Below are positions 10,492-24,270 of a stretch of DNA of 64,000 nucleotides, piece after piece. Position numbers and translations under genes: made by a program. Under the pieces are notes generated by a model. That model was not told the origin of the DNA and searched no databases. It saw nothing but the letters and a program-made list of their open reading frames with translations. The stretch covers positions 161,138,001-161,202,000 of the forward strand of contig CM097886.1 in NCBI GenBank assembly GCA_044892525.1, read 5' to 3'. How positions within the stretch are numbered: the stretch's first letter is position 1; the number at the start of each line of letters is the position of its first letter. The DNA comes from Schmidtea polychroa. Its lineage: Eukaryota.

Positions 10492-10863
10492 AGAAATTTT
10501 GGAATATTTATTAAGTTAATTTTCCATCAAATCATAAAAAATGACTTCAAAATAGAAATTCATGAAGCACTCCATTATTCTTGAATTAACCGAATTATAA
10601 ACCATTTAAAATGTTATTATTATTTTATGTTAGTATTGCCAAAGTCCTTGTTTTCATTGTTTTTCTTTGAGTAGTCATTCTGTATTTTGCAATGTTTGCA
10701 TGTTTCTAAGTATTTTAACAAGTATCACAACTAATATTTACAAGACGTTGTCATTGGAATTTATTTGTTGACGCTTCCAATAGTGAATAAATATATGATA
10801 TGAATAAATTTATGAAATGAAATGCTTTTATTTTTGTTAAAATTGAATAAAATTATTTTTCTT

Positions 10864-10865
<2 letters not shown>

Positions 10866-10952
<87 letters not shown>
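10866..10952. repeat. (TA)n microsatellite
   Basis: Perfect dinucleotide run. Its last TA doubles as the target site of the Tigger end at 10953. Confidence 0.99.
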
Positions 10953-10955
<3 letters not shown>

Positions 10956-12539
10956 TTAACCCTCAATAATCCGAAAAATTAGAAATCGATTTTCTTTCGG
11001 ATTGTGAATTAATTCGGATAATGAAAGAAATTAAAATCTACATGATCGCCAGATTAATAATGAAATTATTAAGAAAAGGACAATTATTTATTTACAAAAA
11101 TCATCTAAAGTTTTTTGTAGAATTTTCTTTGAATGAATTTCTGTAAATCATCTTTGACTTCTTTAAAATTTTTTACTGTATCATTGGTTATGTTTTGAGT
11201 AGAGCTGTTTGAAGAAGAATCTGATTTGATGACAATTTTAATTGCATGTAAATATTGCTTGGACTTATGTTGTAACTGTCGACCTAATCATCTTCAGCAC
11301 TAAGTACAACATCTATAACAGTGTATTCTTCTTGACATAGTTCAATGATTTCATCGTCATTATTGACTTCTTCTGTTTGAATCATATCCTCTTCAATCAT
11401 TATTTGTTCAAGCTCATTCTTATGCATCTCAAGAACCGGATCTGATGACAAGTTTTCTTCAGCATAAGATCCGCGAAGACCTGGAATAATCGCAACCTTT
11501 TTCAAACAATTTTTGAAACAATTTCTTTCACATATTCCCAAGTTTCATGAAGTATCAATATAGTTTTCTTAAGATTAACAACAAAGGCTTTTGTTTGATC
11601 AAGCGAGTTCATGTAATTAACTACTAACTTTATTTTGTAATGATGCTTTAAATTTTTTATTATACCTGCATCCATGTGCTGAAGATGAGCGGTTGAGTTC
11701 TTCGGAAGCATTATAACTTCAATGTTCTGAAACTTTTATTCAAGCTATGACTTGGAGCGTTATTAAGAAGAAGATAAAATTTCTTTTCGTATTTTCTCAG
11801 TTCATCATGAAGATGCTGCATAAAAGAAATTATAGAAATCGGTGGTCATCCATGCGTGGTAATTATAGTATCTTGCAACATTAAATTCTTTAAAACATCT
11901 TTTGTTCTTACTATGTTCAATAAAAAAAGGTGTAATTTTAATTAATCCTTTAGCATTTGAACATAAAGCTATGGTTATTCTAACTTTAGATTGTTTTATG
12001 CCTTTTCTTTCACTTGATGAAATCTTTCTTGTTGGAAATGCTTGAAAGTTTCATTGTCCAGTTTCATCCACATTGGGTATAACTTTTGGGTCAATTCCTG
12101 CCAACTTTTCAACCTTTTTTATCTATGGGCTGAAACATCAACATCATTTATTGAATTTGCTTCTTCATGGATAACTTTCAATTTCAGATTAAATCGATTT
12201 TTGAATCTATAGAGTCATCCTTTACTGAATTATAGGTCATCAATATTTAGTTTTTCTCCAAATTCCTTTGCTTCTGTAATGATAATTTTATCAGTCACGT
12301 AATCATTTATCACATCCATTTGAGATATACATTCGATCAATGAATTCTCAATCAGAGAATGAATTTTCGAAGATTGTCTGGAGTAAGTGTTTGAGGTTTC
12401 ACAATTTTCCCATCTCGCTTTATTTTTCTAAATTTCTGATAACGTATAAATTCCAGGTTTAATTCTATTCTGATAATTTGATACAATTCACTCACTTTGC
12501 CTTTTGATGAATTGAAATTTCTGTTCTTTTTCTAGCCAT
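10953..12539 (-). mobile_element. Tigger/pogo DNA transposon remnant (HTH-CENPB + DDE_1 pseudogene)
   Basis: TA|cagttaaccctcaataatccg end at 10953. On -: MARKRTEISIHQK..., KG*LYRFKNRF, NVDETG, RITIALCSNAKG, LPKNSTAHLQHMDAGIIKNLK, QKTLDDF near 11090. The other TIR was not found. Confidence 0.88.
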
Positions 12540-13310
12540 ATGGATATTTAATTTAAATAAATAAAAATTGTAAACAAGCTTAATATTTAAACAACATTAA
12601 TCGGAAACTTTTAAAAATTATTAGAAATTTAAAACAAGTTTAAATATAAATCATATTTACTACTGACCTATATAATGAATTGACACCCAAAAGAACTTTT
12701 CCTTTTAATGGAACTATTTCACTTGAATAATTTTCAATTAATTTCCATTTGTCGGGAAAAAATTATTGGACATAAATAAATCTTATTTTTTTTGTTTTGT
12801 ATTTGCAAAAAATTAATCAAAATTTAATAAAATGGGATTATTAAAACAATAGATAATGAATGACAAAACAGAAAAACTGATAAAGCATATAAAATACAAG
12901 ATTAAAAATAAATAATATATTAATTAAAATATATTTTAAAGTGATAATAATTATTTGACTTAGAAATTAACTATTTTTATTGAAAATGAAATTTTATTTG
13001 AAAGGGAAAAATGAATTTTGGTTTTATTGCTGTAGGATTTCGGCAGTCACCTAGCGAACCAGTAGTATTGGTTGGTAAAGTTTATAAAATGCAGTGAAAT
13101 TGGTTTAGAAATTGGTGGACTGTATTATTTGCAGAGTTATGAAATGAAAGAAACATTATTATTAATTTAGAAGTCGTTATAAAATTAAGCTTTACTCAAT
13201 AAACTCACCAATAAATACGATTTAATCAAATAATGCTAACTTACTTTTTTTAATTTTCAGTTGTCCTTCTAGTCTTTAGATTTTTAATTAAATGAATATA
13301 TTTTTAAATA

Positions 13311-13405
13311 AAATCACAATCATCATCAGGTTACCTACATTTACGACGGATGAATAGTTATACTATTGAAATATATAGTGAAAAAGATATACGAATGGCG
13401 ATTTT
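13311..13405. repeat. Rearranged fragment of the PLE-2 3' pseudo-LTR
   Basis: atcatcatcaggttacctacatt...gacggatgaata...tatacta matches 30264-30310 directly. ctattgaaatatatagtgaaaaagatatacgaatggcgat is the inverse of 30217-30256. Confidence 0.6.
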
Positions 13406-13551
13406 TATTAATAAAATCTTTACCATGTTTATTTAAGTATTTATTTCAAATAAAAATTCTTTGAAACAAATTATTAATTTTTTCAATTTTCACCACTGAT
13501 TTTTTTTTAATTGACATTGTATTTATTAAAAAAACTTGAATATGATCAAAA

Positions 13552-13625
13552 TCACTTGAAAAAGGCAGTGCCGAAAATTCGTCAATATCAAAGACATCGA
13601 TATCTTTACTGACTTATAGTCAAGC
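13552..13625 (+). repeat. Dispersed repeat carrying a hammerhead-like motif (copy 1)
   Basis: tcac TTGAAAA a ggc agt gcc GAAA at TC gtca. Homologous to 31895-32020 and to both arms of 54586-54784. Confidence 0.6.
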
Positions 13626-14899
13626 TTTTTAATAAATACAAATTATTAATTATTATTATTTCATTTTTCAATAAAAAATATTAAATATATTATTATATTA
13701 CAATATTGAAATATTTATTTTAATAATGACTTTGAATGTAAATATTGTGTAATTGTGAAATGTAAAATTTCAATAATTTTTAAAAATTTTTCAAAAATTA
13801 CTTTATCAAAAAATATTTTCTCTCCTAGTTAACAGAATTCTGGTTGGGCTTCTCACTACAAGATTGAAATTTCTAAATTTCTAAATCACAAATTAAAATT
13901 AATTCCTAAATCTGAACTATTTGGCATAAAAGTAAACAAATGTTTTTTTTGCTGACCAAGTCCATTAAAATAAAAATATAATAAGGACATAATTTAGATT
14001 CCATATTTGGTTTATTTGAATATTCTCGAAGAAATTCTAAAAAGTAATTTAAGATCTCTATTTGTTTAAATTTCGTTGGCATGTGGGAAATTTAATTATA
14101 AATGGAATTTGGTAATTTAATTATTTCAAGACCTGAAATCTTAATAAACAAATATATCCGTCTATTATAAAATTAATTACTGTTATAAGGATATATTTAA
14201 AGCATGTTTAAATGTATATGAGAAAATTATTTATTTATTTAAACAAAATAACAAAAAAAATTATTTTCTCATTTATTTTTATATCTTGTTTAACCTATTT
14301 AGAAATTTTCAATTAAATTAATTTTGTTTATTCAAAATAGTTGTTGGGTGATAATTTCGTATGAGAGCATGATTAATGATATCGGTTTGTGAAATAGGCT
14401 GCGTGATTAGGTCTGGGATAGATTATAATGGATAAATTTCTAGTTAGGTATTTATTTCCCATTTAATTCTGAATTCAATTATTTTATTATTTTAAATTAA
14501 TTTAATTTATTATATTAATACAACAAACGCATTTTTTTCTTTATGTCAATACTAATTGAAACCCATTAAAATATAACCAAACCGAATGTATTATAATGCC
14601 AAGTCTTGTTTTAATGGTTTAATAATTATCTCAAAGTTTCTTGTTTAAATTAAACCAATACATTCACAATTTGCAATATTATTATAGTCTCTTTGATTAT
14701 GAGTCCACTCCATGCTTTATATAGTATAATCCAATAGTATATGTATATAGTAAATTTGGATTGATTGTACCGGAGTGACGACTGTTCCCTCTTGGGATTC
14801 TTCTCGCTGAAGAAATAAATAATAATCATTTATGAAATTCAGAATAAATATCTTCTAAAAGGGATAAGCAATGACAGTGACGACCTCCAGTTTAGGCAG

Positions 14900-15946
14900 T
14901 TGATTATAATTTTGGTAAATGAAATGGTATTCTGTATTTTGTTTTGTTTTATTATTCAAAGATAGTTTTAGTATGAGATTTAAATTTAAACAAAAAATTA
15001 CAGTAATTTGTAGAACATTCTAGCCAAACTGCACTAATTTTTTCCGTATCGCTAAAGAGAAATGAGGTCTAGCGTTATCTTGATGGAAAATTATCTCATA
15101 GCGATTGGAGTTTTTCATCGATTGGTGCATTCAAAGAGTTCAATTTGGAGCAGTACTCAGTGGTATTAATAGTTTCATTTGGAGGAATAAATTTGTAATA
15201 TACCACTACAACCATATATACAACCTTTTTAAGTTAATATATTTTTCTTTGGTGTTGTTTGTGGAGATTCATCTTGTTTTCCCCATGATAAACAACCCAT
15301 TTTTCATTACCTGTTATCATGTGTTTGAGGAACGACCCCTTTCCATTTCTATTGAGTAACGAATCACAAATAGACACGCGGTAAATTAAGTCTTTTCAGT
15401 TAAGTTGTGAGGTAGCCAAATATCGTAACGGCTCAGGTAACCATGAGTCAGTAAATGGTTCACAACTGTTTTTTGGGATACGTTGATTATCTCTGCAATT
15501 ATCCGTGTCGTGTAATGTGGATTGTTTTCAATCAATGTCTTGATTTAATTATCATCCGCCACTGATGGAATACCAGAACCCTCATTAGCTTTACATAAGG
15601 TATTTCCACACGAAATTTGGAAAACAAAATTTGACACACTCTCTCACTCACAGTACCTTTTCCATATACAGCACATACTTTCTTTTTCGTCTGTGATGTA
15701 TTTTTACCTTTGCACTAGTAATAAAGTATTAAACATCGGAAATACAATTTAGTTTTTCAGTTTTCGAACCCATACAAAATAATAAGTATTTAATGTAATT
15801 AAACAAATGATTTCTTAATACACACTCGGAAACTTTATTTTTCAATAACATATGAAGGTTTTACAATACAACTGACATTTATTTGCAAATCTTTGGTCTT
15901 TTGCTATCTATAGCCAAATAACGAAATTACTTTCTACTCAACCCAA
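14900..15946 (-). mobile_element. mariner (DD34D-type) transposon remnant
   Basis: ATG at 15773 (MGSKTEK), VCAVYG...TVSERVCQ, IENNPHYTTR, WLPHNLTE, PNETIN...YC, IIFHQDNARPH. TIR-like ttgggttgagtagaaagtaatttcg ends at 15946 followed by TA. 3' boundary approximate. Confidence 0.88.
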
Positions 15947-16083
15947 TAGTTTGAAAGAATAAAATTTTAATTAAACGATACGCAATAATTACTGACTTGT
16001 AAAAATTATTAAATATTCATAAAATAAAATGTCAAAATAAAGTAAATTTCAAAAATCGCGTGAAAATTTCATTTTATAAGTTA

Positions 16084-16589
16084 CTAGCTGTTGTATCCGG
16101 CTTCACCCGAGTTCACATTTATTATAATAATTCATTTAAATTAATTTTTTGTTTAATGATGTTATTACGTTTCAGTATTAATTTTATAACAGCTTCAATT
16201 CCAGGTTTAATTCACAATAAGAAAAGCTTTCAAAATAAATTTCAATTTGTAAAATCGATAACGCACTCCAATTTAAATCGAAAAATAACTGGCAATATTT
16301 TTCCAATTCTTGATGTTTGAATTCTGCTTTGAAAACTTTTGACTAAATTATATTACTTTCAACTGCAAGTAGCAAGCATATAATAAATTTTTATTTATAT
16401 GGTAAATTGCTGACCGGACAGACAAGCGTTAGAGTACCCTAGTGGTGGTCAGCTGGGGTTGAAACATAGCCTATGACCTGTCCCGGGTAAAATGAGGTTT
16501 ACATGCAAAATTTTAGCACCCTAGGTCCAACGGTGGGGAATTCTATGGATAACAAACAAACAAGCAAACTTTCACCTTTATATATTAGA
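16084..16589 (-). mobile_element. Non-autonomous Helitron
   Basis: On -: 5' A|TCtaatatataaaggtgaaagtttgcttgtttgtttg, and 3' cgggtgaagccgg hairpin followed by acaacagCTAG|T. Inserted between A and T with no TSD. Confidence 0.75.
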
Positions 16590-18001
16590 TTATTATTATT
16601 TCTAACTATAACTGTTTGTATTATTTTATTTATTTCTATTAATTATCACAGAAATTTAGAATTAACACTATAATAATATTATTAATGTTATTATTTATTA
16701 TTATTACTAATTCCTGACCGTAATATGTTATTATTTTCTCTGTTAATTATTAATTTCTGTTAATTTATTATGCTATTAATTATTAATTATTATCAATGCT
16801 ATTATTTATTCTTAGTATTTTACAGTGATTAGGGTGAGTTTCGTAGTTGAGTGTGCTGTTAAATTATAAGAAGTATTTTTGAGAAAGAATACGAATGGGA
16901 AGGTGTCCAGGAAGAGGGATTTCTCTTTCTGAAAAAAATATTTTTAGAGTTTTAATTGTAAATAACTTTTTTGCACAAAATATTATATATTTATTATTAT
17001 ATTATATGTTATTATTATATTATATACAGTATAAAATAGAGTAAATTTTAAATTTCAGTGAGATGGGAAGTTTTTATAAAGTAAATCCCTCGTCTGCATT
17101 ACTTACATTCATTATATACATTCATTATTTTCTTAATTCAATTTACTGTTAATATTGCATTTTACATTTCATATACATATTGTTAGCCGCAACAACGTCG
17201 AATTCATGTTCAATCTCCATAATTAATAAATTAACCAAATAAAATTACTAAATTTATTTTATTCACAAAACTGCTCTTTTTTGTAATATTCAAACAATCT
17301 GTTCGAAGCATTTTTATTATTTTAATTTATTTTTATATTTTAAACTTACTTTAATTTATTAATTTAAATATTTATATAAAAATTTATGTAATCTGATAAA
17401 TACAATTTAAATGTTTATTAACAATATTCAGTTTTAACTTAAACGTGAATTTTACCATTTCACATATTATTATACATTTCATTAAAAAGAAAAACAACTT
17501 TTAATTAAAATTTACACGTTAAATGTTAAAACAAATGTCAAAAAGTTCATCATCCTTTTACAAGTTTTTGATGCTTTTTGTTCGAAAAGTTTATTGATGC
17601 ACATGTCTGAAATTTTCTCTAATAATTGAATAAAAATTTACATTTTTCTTTAAATTATTTGAAAAATTAAATTTTTCTAATTTAAAATCAAGTCAATATT
17701 ACCAATTTATTATTTTATTATAAGAACCTTTTGTTCTTCTTCTTATTTCTTTTTAAAATCTAATAAAGTCCAATGCAAAATGATGTATAATATTTTAATT
17801 ACGAATTTAAAAATTAAATTATTCCAACAATATTTATTTCAACCCTTATCAGAAAATTATTGAGTAAATGAAAAAATATTTTCGACCAATCAAAAATAAT
17901 TACTCTTGCCTATAATTGGATGAAAATAATTAAAAAAAAACATTTTGTAAAAGAATTTATGAATATTTATCAAAAAGAATATAAATTCTACAACTTCTGA
18001 A

Positions 18002-18709
18002 ATGCAAAATTTCAATGAGCTTGAATATAATTCCAAATGTCTATACAATAAAGAAACTGCTTCAAATTCTACAAATGTTTCAAATAAAAAAATTCTTAAA
18101 AAAAGATTAAAAAAGAAAAATAAATTAAAAAATCTTAAAAAGTCAAATGAGAAACGGGAAAATTTCGACGAACAGATAAAATTGAAAAAATCCAATTCTA
18201 AATCAAATATTGGGTTATATTTCCTACTGAAACATGAATTAATTGCATTTTGTCAAAATACCACAATGCGAGGAATACCAAGAATTATTAAAGCACAAAG
18301 TCGAAATCTTCGAATTCTTTGGATTACATTTGTAGTCATTTTATTCATCGGTCTACTCTTGTCTATGTTATTTTTGACAAAACAATACCTTGAATATAAC
18401 GTTATTCATCCACCAGTTATTTTACCTGACCAAGAGCCACCATTCCCATCAATAAGTCTTTGTAATTTACGACCATTATCTAGATTTGGACTGGAGTTTC
18501 TTAAGAAAAACAATTGGAGAAATCCACGTGAATTCGGAAACAATCTCAATGTATATGTTGCAAACAAATGGTATTACAATCAAAGCACTAAACACTATTA
18601 TACGCAATTAACAACTGCAATTTCAATGAACGGGTATCTAGAAAGCGTTCCATTTGATGTGCTAGATAAGCTTGGGCATTCCCTTGATGAGCTGGTCATT
18701 CATTGTTTA
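18002..18709 (+). CDS. First coding exon of a DEG/ENaC (amiloride-sensitive) channel
   Basis: FCQNTTMRGIPRI pre-M1 motif, hydrophobic M1 (LWITFVVILFIGLLLSMLFL), FPSISLCNLRP post-M1 motif, and LDELVIHC followed by a phase-0 GTAAGT donor at 18710. No disablements over 236 codons. Confidence 0.9.
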
Positions 18710-18799
18710 GTAAGTTTCTTTCAATATGAGAAGGATAAATATCATAAACTGCTAAATAAAAACATTATTCCAACACCAATCAACTAATAAATATGTGAG

Positions 18800-21100
18800 G
18801 ATATTTCAGCATGATTACATCAAGTTCATGAACTATCCTTAAATTATAATTATCAATATGTCAACATGTGATGTCAAGGCCAATCACATGTTTGACATTG
18901 TATATTACATAACCCTTATCGATAAGCATGAGTTAGCATTTCTAGTTAAACGAACTGGATAATTGAATAAGGCATCCATATTTCGAGAAATAATCAATAA
19001 TTCCAAAAATATACTTGTTCTCATGAGCTTCCATCATCAATGGTCCAGTGATATCATTTGCTATCATTTGAAATGGTTATTACCATATTTTGGAGTGGTG
19101 CTCTTATTCTTCTCCTTTTATCTTTCAACTTCTAACAAGCTTTGCACATCAATATACTGTCTTTCGTATCTATTAATATATCTGGCCAAAAGTATTCGTT
19201 TTTTATTGCTCTGGAAGTTTTTTCAATTCTAACATATCCAAATTGGGAATGAAATTTGTTTAATATGTCTTTCCGTTTATCCACAGGTACCACTTCTCGA
19301 TAAATTCGATTTTCTAATAAATATAACCAATCACCACGATACTCTAAGTTTGTCTTTATTTTTCAAAATTTTTTTAGAATCGTCTGATAGATTTTAAAAT
19401 ATCTCTTCAACTTTGCATTAATTTTTTACGTAATGGATTAACCTATCAATTTCTCCATTAATCTCGATGTTTTCTTTATTTACAGCACACAATATTCTTT
19501 CAGAACTTGTTTAAGATTCGGAGTCTGGTCTATCATACACCTTAACATCACGTCTCTTATGCGGTTCTTTATGTTGTAGTTCACATTGTTCACATTTTGG
19601 AAGTATTGATAAGGTATCAGTATTTATGTGATCTTTACCCATTTGATATTGAACCTCCATATCATATATTTCTAATTCTGCCTTCCACAAGCATAATTAT
19701 GATGTATGTGAAGACTCCCATTTTAGAAACCACTTAAGTGCCTGATGATCTGTTCGTACAATAAATTTCCTACTTAACAGATAATGTTTACATTTAAGAA
19801 CAAACGCATAAATGACCAGAAGTTCAATACTTATGCTGTGATTTTGTAAGACATTTCGATCTCTACACTATTACTTTTTCGAAGTCATTTTGAAACTGAG
19901 ATTGTACAGCACCAAAGCAGTCATGTGAAGCGTCTGTATCAAGAATAAAAATGCCATCATCGATTGGTGAACTCAGAATTGTAGTTTCCGTTAATGATTT
20001 CTTCAGTAAATAAAAAGCTTCTTTACCCCGTTCATTCCATACGAATCCGTTTTCCTTTCGTATAGTTCTGCTTTTCTGCGTAATTTTTAATAAATTGTCT
20101 ATAATACGCACACATTTCAAGAAAGGTTTGATATTCTTGAATCGTTGATGTTGTTTATGACTGTAATTTTATCAGTATTCACTTTAATACCTTCTCCACT
20201 TACGATATGGCCCAAATATTTAACTTCTTTCTGAAGAAAATTAAATTTATTTGTTGATAATTTAAGTCCTCTCTCCTTTATTCTTGATAATATTTCTCGA
20301 AGTCCCTGATTATGCTCCTCTAAAGTTTCCCCAAAAATCATCACATCGTCTAGATAAATTACACAAGATTCCCAATTTTCATTTTGTAAAATTGTACTCA
20401 TCATTTTTTGAAATCTATCCGGAGCTGCGCATAATCTGAAAGGCATTCTTGTAAATTCAAACTGTCCACATCTTGTACTAAACGCTGTCTTCTGAATGTC
20501 AGATTCGTTAAGCTGTACCTGATAGTATCCACAGATTGAATCGCTTATGTAATCAAATATTTCAGCGCTACTAAATATCGAAAATATTGGTCGAGTTGTT
20601 TTCTCATTAAAAGCTCGATCATCAGCAATTATACGCATATCTCAATTTCTTACTTTACGACAACAATTGTAAAATTCCACGGAGATCTGCTTGATTGTAT
20701 TTTCCCACAATCTAGCATTCAAATGGCTCTCAACCCCTGGTTCAATTACTTTGGTATCCGTCTAGGCTTAAACGCTATAAGATTTTCATCAGTTGTGTCG
20801 ATATAATGTTTGATTACATTTGTTTTCCCAATATCCTATTTGCTTTTGCTATGCATTTCAGAAAATTCCCATATCGTTTTAGCAATTCCACTTTTCCGTA
20901 ACATTGATATCTTCACCGCAAACTTGAACTTTTCCAGTTATTCTAAGAAATCTGATTCTCCAGAAAATAACTTTATGAGATTGGCATACCTCGATTACAT
21001 TTTCTAAAAATTATTCAACAAAAGATTTACTAACGCATTTGTCTTAAATTTAAACAAATTATATAATTTAATTTTACAGACATTATTTGTACAATGCCAT
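18800..21100 (-). mobile_element. Decayed Gypsy/Ty3 pol (RT-RNase H-integrase), inside the presumed ENaC intron
   Basis: SRSPWNFTIVVVK, KTAFSTRCGQFEFTRMPF, VIYLDDVMIFG, FILDTDAS, FIVRTDHQAL, integrase YFWP...CKAC and DITGPL...IIDYFSK, in Gypsy domain order. Boundaries approximate; LTRs not seen. Confidence 0.9.
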
Positions 21101-21457
21101 TTTTGATTAGAATTAGTACCTTTTTAATTCAACCTTTTGATAGAAATCTTCTGATTCTCATTGCAAGCCTTGAATTGTCATTTCCAATTTATTATTTATA
21201 AAAGCTAAAGGTTTCATTCGTTCAAATGCAATACAGTATCTGCTTGAACTTATATTCCTGAAACACAATAAACTGCAAAGGGAACTCCATCAGTAACTCT
21301 CAATACTGGAGTCATTTCATGGCTAAAATCAACTTGGCCGAAAGAATATTAATAAATTGACCAGAAATCATTTTTCCTCAGTTTTGCCAACCTCACTTAA
21401 AACCACAGGAGGAACCACTTTGATGACTGCTAAATTATATTTATTCATTTCATTATA

Positions 21458-22160
21458 CACGAATCCCTCGATTTACGCGATAGATACGTTCCAAGAAACT
21501 AACGCGCAAATCGAAACCGCGTAAATCAAAACTTCAAATTTATACAAAAATGATAGATAGGTTCCAGAAAATAAAAATTTGCGTAAATCGAGACTTCAAG
21601 TTCATTTAAAGTAAGTAATAGATGGGTTCCAGAAACTCGCGTAAAAAAATACAATTTTATTTAGAAATAGATTTAAAAAATCGACATTAAAATTTTAAAT
21701 TGTAAAATTTTCATAGTTAAAAGGTATATTAAAAGGCATAATTGTAATTTAATTATTCCGCCTCCTCACTACTATATTCTAATTCAACCAATTTTTTCTT
21801 TTTGGTTGGCTCGAAATAGCTACTATCATCGGATTCAAATCCAGTAGCGTGGTCTTCTTCTCGTCTTATTAAATAGTCTGTAACCAATTTTTGTGTTTTG
21901 TTTTTTTTAATCTTTGTAAATTCACTATATTGCGCGCAAAGGCTTTTAATGTCTCACTGAAATTTAACAGCACGGTCAATATCAGGATCAGTGGCCAAAA
22001 CCTCATGTTCTAAGTTACTGGCCAATTGTAAAATTTCAGAAATGTCTTTTACACGCTACTTTCAACATACTCTTGTTCGTTTCTTGACACCATATAAATC
22101 AATTCTTCTTCGTCTATTTCCTTTTCAATAAACTATACGCATCTGAGAGACACTTGCCGC
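21458..22160 (-). mobile_element. Tigger-like 3' end remnant
   Basis: TA|cacgaatccctcgatttacgcg end with repeated cgcgtaaatc subterminal motifs. On -: LEHEVLATDPDIDRAVKFQ...YSE, resembling Tigger C-termini. Confidence 0.6.
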
Positions 22161-24270
22161 CAAATATGTTTGATTTCATTAAAAATTTATATTATTTTTT
22201 ATGACCGTGTAATTCGAGAGATTGGTGTACATGCAAATAGCTGTGAATGTAACTGTTTTTATTTTATTATCATGTTTTTTAAACAGCAATGTTCTTTTAA
22301 ACAAACAGTAAAAATTTCCAATCTAAAAAATATTGGAATTTTCCATTCATTGAGAATTTTATAATTAGATTTTTTGGAAATTTATTTATTAAGTAATTTT
22401 TTGCATTCAAGTAATTTGAAAATTCTAGCAATTCTTCATTTCTAAGTAATGAAATGAAATTCTAAATCAACAAATCATTTTTGTGATTATTCTATTTCTT
22501 ATTACTATAGAAATTTTATAATTAAATTATTTAAATTAACATTATTTATGCAAATTAAAATACATTGATGTCGATGAGATAAATTATCAGATTGTGAATA
22601 TATTTCAATTAATTGTTCTTCCGTGGTTTATGAAAAACAAGAGGTCTCTGGAATTAGCAAGTGAAAATGAGAAATAATTTCTGTAGCTTTCATGAATAAA
22701 TTATGCTTACCAAATGATATAACAAAACAAAATAAACTTATATTTATTCTAAAACAAAAAATGAATTAATTTTAAAAAAATTTTTGAAAAATATTTGTTT
22801 GAATGAATTGTATATAAAACAAAATATTTTTATTTATTCTTAAAATATGACTACTATTTTTAGAAGAATAATTTTATATTTTTATGATTCAATTATTTTT
22901 TTCTTAAAATGAATAATTCATTTGGAAAATATTATAATTAATTTGATTTGAATTTTAAATAAATTATTAAAAGAGAAATTTGGATTTTAAGATATTGGGA
23001 ATACAATTAGGAAATATTTGGATTAATATAGGTCAAAGTGCAAACGTTTATTATTTACCTTAAAAATTCATGATTTAATTATTGTTTTAAATTAAAGTTG
23101 AAATATAATCCAATAATACACCTGAAAAATTATAATAAAAATACTAAATTTTGTCAATTAAACTGTTTTGGCCTATAAAAAAGCTATTTATTTTTAAAGG
23201 TTTTTAGAATGTTTTCATTAAAAAATTTTAAATGTGCGCTATTTACGCCATTTGATAAACTCCGTGATCAAGTCTGTCAAACGTGAACTGTGTAGAGAAA
23301 ATTTCTCCATTTCAAATCAAATAAAATGAATAGTTTGTTTAAAGATTCGTCAAAATAATTTCAATGAAATGGCTATATTCAAGTTTAATTTATTTTGCTT
23401 TTCACATTTTTTGTTTTAGTTAATGGAGAATTGTAACAACTTTTACTTCAATTAAAATTTATGTGAGAATCATTTGAAAAACAATTTCTACAATTAATTA
23501 TTTTAAAACATAGAAAATATATCTAAAAGTATCAATTTTAGTCGTTTTCAATTATAATAATATTTTGATTTGATTGTAAAATTCCATTGTTAATTGATTC
23601 TTTATAACCCTAAGAGTCATTCGTCCAAATTCAAAGTAAATAAAATAATTAATAAAGTAAATTTTTTTTCATAATAAAAAATAAATGAAAAATAAATTTT
23701 GCTTTGAGATAATAAATGAAATTAGCATAAAGTCTTATTCCATCCTGCAGCGGGATTGTTTATACAAACAATTCATATAAATGGATAAACCTTTTCCCCA
23801 ATGTTTTTTTTTATTTTTGACTTAAAATTGTTCCTAAAATAGTTCTTTCTAATTGAATTTTTTTTTCACTTTAGCTTCACTTGTTTTATGTGGTGAACAT
23901 CAAGAGAAGCAAGAAGAAAGTAAAAATTCTATCGGAAATTTCTACAAATTTTGAATTTGTGTCGAAAATAATAATCATTGAGGACAAAGCTTACCCACTT
24001 ATTTAAATTATATTTTTTTAAATGTATTTCTTAATTTTTGAATTTTTATTTAATTAAAATGATAGAGTAATAAGACTTTTCTACTATGATTGACTTGTTG
24101 TTATGATAACCCGTAAGGGTATGACTAAAAATATGTTGCTAAAGCTGCATTTGTATAAATAAAAATATACTATTTTTATTATTTTCCTGATTATTTTTTA
24201 TATTTTTCTTGAATATTAGCATTGTCTATACTTATATACAATAATATTATAAATGTAATTATTAAAAATA

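Noticed and set aside
1086-10860. Single intact Polinton with terminal inverted repeats
   Set aside because: No matching TIRs or TSD at the outer edges, two different pPolBs are present, and no major capsid or protease is visible.
13015-13055. gccGAAA hammerhead-like half on - strand
   Set aside because: No CUGANGA-type core upstream of the putative stem II.
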